DNA of 64,000 nucleotides from Thermodesulfovibrionia bacterium (GCA_030646035.1 JAUSMY010000030.1:46434-110433), one strand, 5' to 3'. Counted from the stretch's first letter, positions 48,351-56,722 are shown. A program made the numbers and translations. Notes: generated from the letters alone by a model not told the origin.

Positions 48351-50120
48351 TTAAAGCCCGCTCTTTAGCGCCAATTCTTTCTTTGCATTTAATAATGCCT
48401 CATTATCAGGATAAAGGCTCAGTCCCTCATCAAGGAGTTTGAATGCCTCATGCCTTTTTTCGAGCGCGAACAAGGCCCTCGCCTCTCCTTCATAAAGCAT
48501 AAAGTGCGGGAAGCTGGTTCTCTCCTCCTCAGCCCAACCGACAAACTCATTCAGGAATTTCTTATTATCCTTATTGAGCGCCATCCCAAGCCCGAAGTCC
48601 ATCAGCATCCTCTGGGCGGACTGGCCGAGATACAGATTATTCAGCGCAGGTTCAGCAAGCTTCATGCGGCTCACCCCTTCTGAGGTCAAAAGCCGGTAAT
48701 ACTCGGTCAGTTTGATATTGGCGCTCAGCGTCCTTACCAGAAAGAGGTTTGTAAGTATAAAGACGCATACAGATGCGGTTAGCAGCGCAATACGCAGCCG
48801 GTGTTCAATCTTGAAATTAATTTCACGTACAAAGTGAGAAGATACAAGAAAGCATAAAAAGAGAAAGAGCACCCAATGAACAGCAGATTGATAGAACGGA
48901 AACTCAACCTGAGAGTGAAAAGTTAGCGGCAATAAAAGAGAAGCGTACAAGCCGCCCCTCTCCCTGCCAAGCCTGAATATATATATCAAAAATGCCGCGG
49001 ATAGAATTATCAGTCCGAGGCCTCCTGCCAGGCCTGATTCTATGAGAACAAAGAGTGTTTCGCTGTGCGGATAATATGTAAATGTATTCAGGCTTGGGCG
49101 GCTGTCCATCTTTTCAGCAAGCTGCCGCCTGAAAAATACATATTTGCTCTTGAAACCGCCCGGCCCGTGCCCTATAATCGGCCTGTCTTTTATCATCTCA
49201 AGAGAGGCCCTGTACATCAGCATTCTCGGGTCGCCCCCTTTTTCTTTCATGAAACTCTCTGACGCGGTTTGAAGTTTCTCTGCGGCTGAGAATACCCCGC
49301 GCTCTTTTTGAAAAAGATATCTCTCAGAAGAAAGATTAAGGCCCAGACCTGCTGTCACTGCGAGCGCCCATATTAAAAGATAGAGAGGTGCCGCCTTGAA
49401 GAGCCTGTACCTCGTTATAAAGAGTGTTGCGCACCCGAGCAGTGACCCTATCAGCCCTGCCCTGGACCCTGTAATAAAGAGGACAAAAGATATGACTGCA
49501 ACTGCAATGAAAAAGCCTGCTTTAGCCCATCTGCCTGCTCCGCGGAACAAAGGCCCTGTCAGAGCATAGAGAGATATAACAATTGAAGTGGCCAGAAAAG
49601 AGGCAAGCACATTCTGGTGCTGGAAATTGCCAAAGATAACACCTGATGCTGAAAATGCCAGCATCGGTATCCTTGCTTCTGGAGCGAGATACTGGGCCAA
49701 TCCGATGCATGCCTCGATGAATCCCGACACAAATATCACATAAAGAAGTTTCTCCTTCTGCTCATCAGAGAATTTAAACTGATGCAAAGAGATAAAGAAT
49801 ATCAGGCCGGCTGCCAGTCCCATGTTCTTAAAGATAAAAGAGTGGCTGTCAGTTATCGGATTGAATATTATCGGCAAAATAAGGAGAGCTGCGAAGAGCA
49901 GGATATAGGCCGTTATTTTAGGAGCTGCAATAATACAGCCGTCCTGAAAAAAGGCCTGCATCAAAGAGAGAAGCACAACAGCTGAGACCGCCATCCATAC
50001 AAAATAAGCGACCGGATTAACAACAGAACCGCCGAGGTTCCTGATATTGACATGCATGACGATCAGGAAGAGAAAATATAATATCAGGAGGCAGAGATTT
50101 TTAAAGGTGTCTTTATTCAT
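48351..50120 (-). CDS. O-antigen ligase / PglL-type (Wzy_C) membrane protein with TPR-like C-terminal domain, paralog 3
   Basis: YYPHSETLFVLIESGLAG. Collinear with paralog 2. C-terminal LLDEGLSLYPDNEALLNAKKEL. Confidence 0.75.
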   Translation of the reverse strand: MNKDTFKNLCLLILYFLFLIVMHVNIRNLGGSVVNPVAYFVWMAVSAVVLLSLMQAFFQDGCIIAAPKITAYILLFAALLILPIIFNPITDSHSFIFKNMGLAAGLIFFISLHQFKFSDEQKEKLLYVIFVSGFIEACIGLAQYLAPEARIPMLAFSASGVIFGNFQHQNVLASFLATSIVISLYALTGPLFRGAGRWAKAGFFIAVAVISFVLFITGSRAGLIGSLLGCATLFITRYRLFKAAPLYLLIWALAVTAGLGLNLSSERYLFQKERGVFSAAEKLQTASESFMKEKGGDPRMLMYRASLEMIKDRPIIGHGPGGFKSKYVFFRRQLAEKMDSRPSLNTFTYYPHSETLFVLIESGLAGGLGLIILSAAFLIYIFRLGRERGGLYASLLLPLTFHSQVEFPFYQSAVHWVLFLFLCFLVSSHFVREINFKIEHRLRIALLTASVCVFILTNLFLVRTLSANIKLTEYYRLLTSEGVSRMKLAEPALNNLYLGQSAQRMLMDFGLGMALNKDNKKFLNEFVGWAEEERTSFPHFMLYEGEARALFALEKRHEAFKLLDEGLSLYPDNEALLNAKKELALKSGL

Positions 50121-50138
50121 GCCGGTAACAGACTTTAA

Positions 50139-50768
50139 CTATTTTGAACGGCCCTTAAAATAGTATACGAGCGCCACGCTTTTGTTTGATGCCCACTCAA
50201 CTACATCGCCAAACTCCAGATGGGTGACGACCCTGTTATCTCCTGAGCCATTGACAGTGATGGAAGACAGGGCCTTTACCTCACCGGCTTTGCCGTCTGC
50301 TTCGCCGTCTATCACCGTATCAAATGACTGAACATACTTCAGCTCATTGCTGGCAAAGGTTTTTGTACAGGCATTATCAGCGCATATAACAAGTATGTTT
50401 CTAGGCCTGCCGGTATTGCCGGTATTGCCGTCATTGCCGTAATAGACCCAGAACCTGAGACTGCCGACCGCCATCGGGTTTGACGGAGGGTTGTTGATGA
50501 AATCCGCCTGCTGTATCAATACAGTTCCCGGTGACGGGGATTCTTCATCTCCTATTATAAGATTCGAATTCGTATCACCCGGAAGCAGGCCTTTAATATT
50601 GTAGTAATCTTTTGCGCTCTCTCTCCATTTAAGAATGCCCTTCTCAAACTTCTTAAGCTTGGCATCTTCTATCATCTCACATCCCTTTAGCAGGGAAAAT
50701 GAGAGGATAACTGTGATCGCAATGACTATCGCAAGCTCGACCAGCCCGAATCCCTTTTGGTCTTTCAT
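50139..50768 (-). CDS. type IV pilin-like protein (209 aa), member of a four-paralog family
   Basis: MKDQKG/FGLVELAIVIAITVIL; ATG 50768 has an AAGGA SD. Shares with its paralogs PGDxxxNxIIGDE, VICADNAC, KYVQSFDTVIDG and ALVYYF. Confidence 0.8.
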   Translation of the reverse strand: MKDQKGFGLVELAIVIAITVILSFSLLKGCEMIEDAKLKKFEKGILKWRESAKDYYNIKGLLPGDTNSNLIIGDEESPSPGTVLIQQADFINNPPSNPMAVGSLRFWVYYGNDGNTGNTGRPRNILVICADNACTKTFASNELKYVQSFDTVIDGEADGKAGEVKALSSITVNGSGDNRVVTHLEFGDVVEWASNKSVALVYYFKGRSK

Positions 50769-50790
50769 CTTTTGTCCTTTTAAAAATATC

Positions 50791-50819
50791 AAAAAAATAG
50801 GGGCGATCCATCGCCCCTA
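50791..50819 (-). terminator. rho-independent terminator after pilin gene 50852-51505
   Basis: Stem taggggcga / tcgccccta with loop tcca. A T7 run follows on the minus strand. Confidence 0.75.
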
Positions 50820-50851
50820 TTAAAATAGCATATATTAAACTAATGTATTAA

Positions 50852-51505
50852 TTAAATCACACCCTTGTCTACATAAAAGACCAACGCCTTTGTCACGCCT
50901 GTAGCCCAGGCGCTGCCGGGGTCAGTAACAGCTATGACGGTCCTGTCATTACTGTCCCCGCCAAGAGGATCCAGTATAGGTGGAACAGATGCAGCCCTTG
51001 CAAAACCTTTAGTTCCGTCTATCGTGCCGTCAGTAACCGTATCAATAAACTCAACATACTTCAAGTTCCCTGCGCCATGGTCGTCCTCAAATGGAACTGT
51101 ACAATCATTGTTTGCACAGATGACCATCACATTTCTCTTTGGTTCAGAGCCATTATATCCCCAGTAGATCCAGAACTGCAGGCTGCCGGTCTTAACCGGG
51201 TTCTCCTTTGGAGGGTTTATGAGATTCGCGCCCTGTATGACTGTTGACCCTGGTACGCGCAATGCGGTTGCCTCATCACCTATAATGCCGTTTCTGTCTT
51301 GATCACCGGGGAATATGCCCTTTCTGTCCATGAAATACCAGGCTGATGTCTTCCAGTGCCTCACTTCAGTCTCAAACTTCTTCATTCGGGAGGACTCCAC
51401 TATGTCCTGACCCTTTAGCACGATGCTTATAATTATGCCGATAATTATAAGGACTATGGCAAGCTCTATAAGTGTGAAGCCTTTTTCTTCTTTCAGTATC
51501 TTCAT
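50852..51505 (-). CDS. type IV pilin-like protein (217 aa), paralog family member
   Basis: MKILKEEKG/FTLIELAIVLIIIGIIISIV. Shared motifs FPGDQDRNGIIGDE, VICANNDC, KYVEFIDTVTDG and ALVFYV. Has its own promoter-like and terminator elements. Confidence 0.85.
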   Translation of the reverse strand: MKILKEEKGFTLIELAIVLIIIGIIISIVLKGQDIVESSRMKKFETEVRHWKTSAWYFMDRKGIFPGDQDRNGIIGDEATALRVPGSTVIQGANLINPPKENPVKTGSLQFWIYWGYNGSEPKRNVMVICANNDCTVPFEDDHGAGNLKYVEFIDTVTDGTIDGTKGFARAASVPPILDPLGGDSNDRTVIAVTDPGSAWATGVTKALVFYVDKGVI

Positions 51506-51545
51506 AATATTGACAGATCCAAGTGTATCTATTGAATAATTATAG

Positions 51546-51573
51546 ATTATACATTAGAAATAAAATAAATCAA
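51546..51573 (-). promoter_or_regulatory. putative sigma-70 promoter of pilin gene 50852-51505
   Basis: Minus strand TTGATT (51573-51568), 16-nt spacer, TATAAT (51551-51546). Confidence 0.45.
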
Positions 51574-51584
51574 GCTATTTCTAT

Positions 51585-51620
51585 AAATATAAATAGGGAG
51601 GGCGGTTTATCGCCCTCCCT
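51585..51620 (-). terminator. rho-independent terminator after pilin gene 51655-52302
   Basis: Stem agggagggcg / cgccctccct (51595-51604 / 51611-51620). Followed on the minus strand by the T-rich atttatattta. Confidence 0.65.
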
Positions 51621-51654
51621 ATCATTTAGACTTCATGCAAACTTCTTAAACTGA

Positions 51655-52302
51655 TCAATTACCTCTGTCAAAGAAATAGACTAAACCGTGAGAGGCAGCA
51701 CCGCAAACTGTGAAGTTGGCTCCGCCATTTACATCTGTTACCATATATTCGTCACCGCCTGTGGCAGCCGGAACAGTAGTAATAGTATCAGCACAGACCA
51801 CGCTTCCATTTGCGCCGTTAGATACACCGTCAATGACAGTGTCAAACGACTCAACATATTTAATGAGATCGGCAGTAAGTGCGTCTGTAGTACAGTCAGC
51901 ACTCCCGCAGATCGCCATGACGTTCTTTGGAGCAGTTAGATCTCCGTCATTGCCGAACTGTACATAGAAATTCAAACTGCCGATCGTGACAGGGTTTGCA
52001 TCAGGCTCATTTATGAAACCTGCATCCCTTATGTAATCAGCTGCTGAATTTTCTGTTCCGATGTCGCCGATAATACCGTTACCATCAGTATCGCCGGGGA
52101 ATGTGCCTTTTCTGTCAACATACGTCCATACAGCGGTCTCCCACTCTCTCATTGAGTTGTCAAACCTCTTGATACGCGCTGATTCGATAAGATCCTGTCC
52201 CTTTAATACGGCGCCGATGATGATGCCGATGATAACAAGGACGATCGCAAGTTCGATCAGTGTGAAGCCTTTTTGCTCTCTCATCTTCTGAAATGTTTTC
52301 AT
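51655..52302 (-). CDS. type IV pilin-like protein (215 aa), paralog family member, candidate major subunit
   Basis: MKTFQKMREQKG/FTLIELAIVLVIIGIIIGAVL. AAGGAGG SD 10 nt upstream of ATG 52302. Shared motifs FPGDTDGNGIIGD, AICGSADC, KYVESFDTVIDG and GLVYFF. Flanked by a promoter-like element and a strong terminator. Confidence 0.85.
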   Translation of the reverse strand: MKTFQKMREQKGFTLIELAIVLVIIGIIIGAVLKGQDLIESARIKRFDNSMREWETAVWTYVDRKGTFPGDTDGNGIIGDIGTENSAADYIRDAGFINEPDANPVTIGSLNFYVQFGNDGDLTAPKNVMAICGSADCTTDALTADLIKYVESFDTVIDGVSNGANGSVVCADTITTVPAATGGDEYMVTDVNGGANFTVCGAASHGLVYFFDRGN

Positions 52303-52434
52303 GTTCTTTGCTCCTCCTTTTTGATTTTCCATGCCCTTTATGGTTTCATGGTTGTTAAAGTTTGTAAGTCAAATTATAACCGGTAAGCCTCTCAATCCCT
52401 CCTTTGTAGAAATTTTAAATCCTCACCTGACTTA

Positions 52435-52473
52435 ACTTTAAAACAAGTACGCTGACCTGTCAACTGACTAAGA
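52435..52473 (-). promoter_or_regulatory. putative promoter carrying the recurrent motif (minus strand TCTTAGTCAGTTGACA)
   Basis: TTGACA (52463-52458), 17-nt spacer, TAAAGT (52440-52435). The upstream half-motif CTTAGTCAG abuts the -35 element. Confidence 0.45.
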
Positions 52474-52526
52474 TTTCTACATGTCTAACTCTAAAACAGA
52501 ATAAGCTCTCCATCTCTCCCGCGAGC

Positions 52527-53177
52527 CTATAACGCATAATATATCTCTACTATCGTTTCGGGATCCAGGCTGTAATCAGCACTGCCTCGGACACTGCCTG
52601 AATTATAAATACCGTCATCAAACTTGTTATCTATTACTTCAGCAACCTCGCTTCTTAAGTTTGTAACACCTATATAATTTCTGACCCCGCTTATGCCGAA
52701 ATCAGTTGCAGCGATTCCGTCATCCGCACTATTCCATAGCCAGATGATTCCGCCAAGCGTATGAGTAGGCAGAGCAGACGCACCTGTAGCAAGCGGATCA
52801 CCCTGCACCATAAGCGCCGCCCTTAATTCCTGCCACGCCTCGTTGCACTCAGTTCCATCAGCAGGGCCTGTGTTACATAATGTTCCGCCGATCAGAGCGT
52901 TCCCAGCATTTACAGTATCAGTGAGCGTAACAAGAGTGGACCATCTTCCGCTTGCAAACTTGTCATCTCCCGGATAAGCGCTATAGAGGTCATAGTAAGT
53001 ATTATAGGCAGAAACGATAGTCTCGACATCTCCTATGACCCTCTTGATCCTCGCATTCTCAAGCACAGCCTTTCCCTTGACAAGCGCAGCGATAAGCAGG
53101 CCTATTATCACCAGGACTATTGAAAGCTCAACCAGTGAAAATCCCTGTTTTTTATTCAGTTTCAGTATGGTTAACAT
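52527..53177 (-). CDS. type IV pilin (216 aa), distinct from the four-paralog family
   Basis: MLTILKLNKKQG/FSLVELSIVLVIIGLLIAALV. AAGGA SD upstream of ATG 53177. The 23-codon N-terminal extension in the ORF track lies over the promoter and is rejected. Confidence 0.85.
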   Translation of the reverse strand: MLTILKLNKKQGFSLVELSIVLVIIGLLIAALVKGKAVLENARIKRVIGDVETIVSAYNTYYDLYSAYPGDDKFASGRWSTLVTLTDTVNAGNALIGGTLCNTGPADGTECNEAWQELRAALMVQGDPLATGASALPTHTLGGIIWLWNSADDGIAATDFGISGVRNYIGVTNLRSEVAEVIDNKFDDGIYNSGSVRGSADYSLDPETIVEIYYAL

Positions 53178-53217
53178 TTTATTTTCCTTATGGTTAAGAT
53201 AACGCCGAAGTACATTA

Positions 53218-53260
53218 GTTATATAATGTATGATCCAATCCGTCAACTGTCTAAGAATTA
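53218..53260 (-). promoter_or_regulatory. putative promoter carrying the recurrent motif (minus strand TAATTCTTAGACAGTTGACG)
   Basis: TTGACG (53246-53241), 17-nt spacer, TATAAC (53223-53218). TAATTCTTAGACAG lies immediately upstream of and overlapping the -35 element. Confidence 0.5.
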
Positions 53261-53308
53261 AACAAATAACTTATGCAAATAAAACAATGGGTTATTGGTA
53301 TGGAGAGA

Positions 53309-53938
53309 TCACTTGCCGGAATCTTCAAAATAATAAACAGCTCCTACGAATGATTCTCCTTTCCAGTCTGCTGATGTCATCTCCTCCCTGACATCTGTCA
53401 CTGCGGCTCCCTCAGACACAAGGGTAACACCTGCGGCTCCCTTTAAATTTCCCTCTGAAGCGATAGCATCTCCATCCATTATCTTGTCTATTTTTTCCAT
53501 CATTGCAGCCTCGTCCTTGTTAAGTGTCCTATCACATTTTGCAGAAGGGCATATGACAAATACATTCTTCTTCCTGTTTTTAATGGTGTTGAATCCTATA
53601 GTTATATAAAATGTGGAATCTCCTTCCTCGATCTTCTTCATGGATTCAGAGATAACTTTGGACCCTATAAGCTCCATTACAGGTGAGTCAGGATTGCCTT
53701 CATCAGCGATAATGCCGTTGCCGTTTTTATCACCGGCAAGTTTATCGCGCTTAAAATAATAGGCAAGCTCGGCTGACTCCCATTTCCTGCACCATTGCAC
53801 AACATTCTTTGCATGCATATCAGCCAGGAACTTGCCGCCGGCACAGAAAGCAAAGATGGCAAGACATACCACTGTAATCGAAATAACAAGAAATATTATG
53901 CTAAACCCTGATTCTTTCCTGTTCCTGCTACATATCAT
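53309..53938 (-). CDS. pilin-like protein (209 aa) with non-canonical N-terminus, paralog family member
   Basis: The body is paralogous to 50139-52302 (GDKNGNGIIADE, VICPSAKC, EKIDKIMDG, GAVYYFE). The N-terminus is MICSRNRKESG/FSIIFLVISITVV, with Phe instead of Glu at +5. Confidence 0.7.
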   Translation of the reverse strand: MICSRNRKESGFSIIFLVISITVVCLAIFAFCAGGKFLADMHAKNVVQWCRKWESAELAYYFKRDKLAGDKNGNGIIADEGNPDSPVMELIGSKVISESMKKIEEGDSTFYITIGFNTIKNRKKNVFVICPSAKCDRTLNKDEAAMMEKIDKIMDGDAIASEGNLKGAAGVTLVSEGAAVTDVREEMTSADWKGESFVGAVYYFEDSGK

Positions 53939-54007
53939 TTGAGATAACCTTAATGGTGGAATAGCTGAGAATACTCCGAGTTTATATAAAACAATAGGGT
54001 TAAGAAG

Positions 54008-54045
54008 ATGATATACGATGTATCGGCTCAGGTCAACTGTCTAAA
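54008..54045 (-). promoter_or_regulatory. putative promoter carrying the recurrent motif (minus strand TTTAGACAGTTGACC), overlapping the kinase stop codon
   Basis: TTGACC (54036-54031), 17-nt spacer, TATCAT (54013-54008). TTAGACAG lies immediately upstream of the -35 element. Confidence 0.45.
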
Positions 54046-55952
54046 TTATTTACATGTGAATGGAAAAGATCATGCTGGCCGACAGGGAGCTTTATAATAA
54101 AACATACGCCTGACGGCGAGTTTTGAACATCCACGGTGCCGTGCTGTGAGACTATAAACTCTTTTGTCTGATAAAGCCCTACCCCTATGCCGCCTTTCTT
54201 GGTCGTAAAGAAAGGTTCAAATATCCTTGCGGCAACCTCTTCCGGCATAGGAATGCCGTTATCACATATTGTAAGGACATAGTTCTCATCAACAATGCCG
54301 CCTTGTATGCTTATCTCAAGCTGGTCTGCCTCAAAAGATTTGTCATGCGCGTTCCTAAGGATATTCTCAATAGCGACCATTACTGCCGCCCTGTCGGCAT
54401 ATATCCTGTCATTACCGTCAAACCTTGTAATGAAGATATGTTTTTTATGAAAGAGCTTGAGGATCTCATCAATTACCTCTTTCAATGAAAATATAGTAGG
54501 GTTGTTTCCCTCTCTCAATATCCCGATGGTATTCAGTATCTTCTCAGCCCTTTTTACCAGATGGGGCACGGTGTGGCGGAAATCATTCAGAAACTCCTCA
54601 GCCTCCGAGGGCTGCACCCTTGATATGTTCTTCTCAAGCATATTCAGCGTATGGCATATGTTCTTCAGGTCGTGTATGAGAAAGAGCTTAAGCCTCTCGG
54701 CTATCTCCAGCTTCTCCCTGAAGACTTTGCTGCGGGTCAGGTGCATGTCATATGTCATCCGGAATATAAGTTCAGCAATAAGCCTGAGATTCATCCTGTC
54801 GTCTTCATCAAAGATCACTTTGCTGTAAAAAACTAACTGGATCTTTGCGTCGCTTGTCTCATCAGCAAACCTGAGAGGAAAGCTCCCCTGACCATTCTCG
54901 CCTATCTTTTCTTCAATATTATTGTCTCCAGCTGAAAACGTGAATGTTATACAGGAAAATGGATAGCTCTCAAAGAAGTAATTCATCACCTCTCTAATAA
55001 AAAAGTTCATGCTTTCATTGCTCTTCTGGTGCAGGGAGAATATTCTGGTAAGTATCTCAGGGAGATTATATCTGCTGACATATAAGTGGCGTAAGAGAAA
55101 GAACTTGACCTTAAGCCTTGCCTCCCGGCTGAAAAATAGCGCGCCTGAAATTATAATGAATGCAGATACCAGGAATATCCTGACATAAAACAGGAATGCA
55201 TCCTGCGGGGAGTAGCGGTCAAGATAAACAAGGATAACGCCGTAGATAATAAGGCTGATGAGAAGCAGGGCCTTCCATAACATATCCGCGGATGCCCTGA
55301 CCCTGAAGATAAAAAGTTCCCCTTTTAAAAGCACCCCGTAACCGGCGGCTATAACAAGAAGCGAAGACAAAGGAGAGATATAAGAATAGTTCCAGAGAAA
55401 GAACGGGTTCATAGACAATGCAAGGGCGATGACCTTGATATACAGCACATGAAGAAAGACCTTGTCATACACCAGCAGATTCTTTCTCTGGCGGACCAGA
55501 CTGAGGTTGATCAGAGAGAAAAACGCAATTCCGACTCCCGCAGTAATGGCAATAGAGTGATATATCTCAGGCAGCATAAAGACAGATACGAGAATAGAAG
55601 ATAAAGCCAAATGCCCGAAAGACGCATATTTGATAACAGAATTTATCCCTTCGCGGACTGATGAGTAACTGGAGCGCCTCGTATCCGGAGAGAGCAAAGA
55701 ATCCTTTACCAAAAAAGACCTGTTTTTTGATGTGACCCTCATAATTGAGAGTATAAAGAGGAAGAGAAAGAGCAGCGCAAGATATGCAAAGATATAATAC
55801 AGATTGATCATGAAGTAATAGATAACAATAAGAAGAGCGATATCAGCGGTGAAAAAAATTATTGCAGCCCTGTTCTTCCTGTAAGTCCGTGTTATGATCA
55901 GCGAAATCAGGCCGACTGCGCAGGCGATCGTAAACAGGATGAGGAGTTTCAT
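54033..55952 (-). CDS. polytopic sensor histidine kinase
   Basis: About 280 aa of TM segments, an H-box FLIHDLKNICHTL, an N-box ENILRNAHDK, and G-boxes CDNGIPMP and GIGVGLYQTKEF. Confidence 0.85.
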   Translation of the reverse strand: MKLLILFTIACAVGLISLIITRTYRKNRAAIIFFTADIALLIVIYYFMINLYYIFAYLALLFLFLFILSIMRVTSKNRSFLVKDSLLSPDTRRSSYSSVREGINSVIKYASFGHLALSSILVSVFMLPEIYHSIAITAGVGIAFFSLINLSLVRQRKNLLVYDKVFLHVLYIKVIALALSMNPFFLWNYSYISPLSSLLVIAAGYGVLLKGELFIFRVRASADMLWKALLLISLIIYGVILVYLDRYSPQDAFLFYVRIFLVSAFIIISGALFFSREARLKVKFFLLRHLYVSRYNLPEILTRIFSLHQKSNESMNFFIREVMNYFFESYPFSCITFTFSAGDNNIEEKIGENGQGSFPLRFADETSDAKIQLVFYSKVIFDEDDRMNLRLIAELIFRMTYDMHLTRSKVFREKLEIAERLKLFLIHDLKNICHTLNMLEKNISRVQPSEAEEFLNDFRHTVPHLVKRAEKILNTIGILREGNNPTIFSLKEVIDEILKLFHKKHIFITRFDGNDRIYADRAAVMVAIENILRNAHDKSFEADQLEISIQGGIVDENYVLTICDNGIPMPEEVAARIFEPFFTTKKGGIGVGLYQTKEFIVSQHGTVDVQNSPSGVCFIIKLPVGQHDLFHSHVNNLDS

Positions 55953-56551
55953 TAATCCTTGGTTCTCAGATTATACTTATTGATATAGTAATAGACGGAT
56001 GTCCTTCTGAGGCCGAGAAGCTTGGCGGTCTTTGATACATTGTTTCCCGTATTCTCCAGGGCTTCTTGGATGATATGCTTCTTCATGTCCTCTTTAAGGG
56101 TCTCGAAGCCCTCATTGAGGCTCTGCGGGTTTATCTTGATCGACTTTTCTTCAGCCGGTATATCAGTCTGTATATCAGCAAAAAACTCGGCTCTTTTCAG
56201 AGAGTCCACAAGCTTGCCCTCTCCAACCGGTTTCATGAGATAATCGAACGCACCCTGGGATATCGCCTTTACCGCAACATTCCTCTCCTTCTGGCCTGTC
56301 AGAACAACTATCTTCATTCCGGGCTTCTCAGCAAGCATATCATTCAAAAGTTTGAGGCCTACCTCAGGAGTATTCTCATATGGGGGAAGCCCAAGGTCCA
56401 GCAGGACTATATCAATATTATTATCCCGGAAAAAGGCGAGGGCATCTTCAGCAGTATGCGCAAGTACAGACACATATTTTTTCGGCAAAAACCATTTGAG
56501 CTGTGTAGCAAGAGCAACATCATCATCAACAATTAAGATCTTTACAGACAT
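55952..56551 (-). CDS. response regulator: receiver domain plus Fis-type HTH, without a sigma-54 AAA+ module
   Basis: MSVKILIVDDD ... DIVLLDLGLPP ... KIVVLTG, then C-terminal GNNVSKTAKLLGLRRTSVYYYINKY. Only about 200 aa, so there is no room for an AAA+ domain. ATG 56551 has a GAGG SD. Confidence 0.85.
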   Translation of the reverse strand: MSVKILIVDDDVALATQLKWFLPKKYVSVLAHTAEDALAFFRDNNIDIVLLDLGLPPYENTPEVGLKLLNDMLAEKPGMKIVVLTGQKERNVAVKAISQGAFDYLMKPVGEGKLVDSLKRAEFFADIQTDIPAEEKSIKINPQSLNEGFETLKEDMKKHIIQEALENTGNNVSKTAKLLGLRRTSVYYYINKYNLRTKD

Positions 56552-56722
56552 AATAATAACCTCTGGCAAATGAAATGAAATAAAGTTTCATAATTTTACA
56601 TTGTGAGGCCGTAATTTTCAATAATATAAAAATGAACAAGAGATGTGTTAAATGGATTTGATTTAATTAATAGTTGGTTCTAAGATAGAATAATCTTAAT
56701 TAACCGATTCGGCAAACATACT

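Noticed and set aside
50793-54045. Sigma-54 (GG-N10-GC) promoters upstream of the pilin genes, as expected for PilR-type control.
   Set aside because: I saw no TGGCAC-N5-TTGC-like element by eye in the pilin intergenic regions, and the adjacent regulator lacks an AAA+ domain. This was not an exhaustive scan, so a weak site could have been missed.
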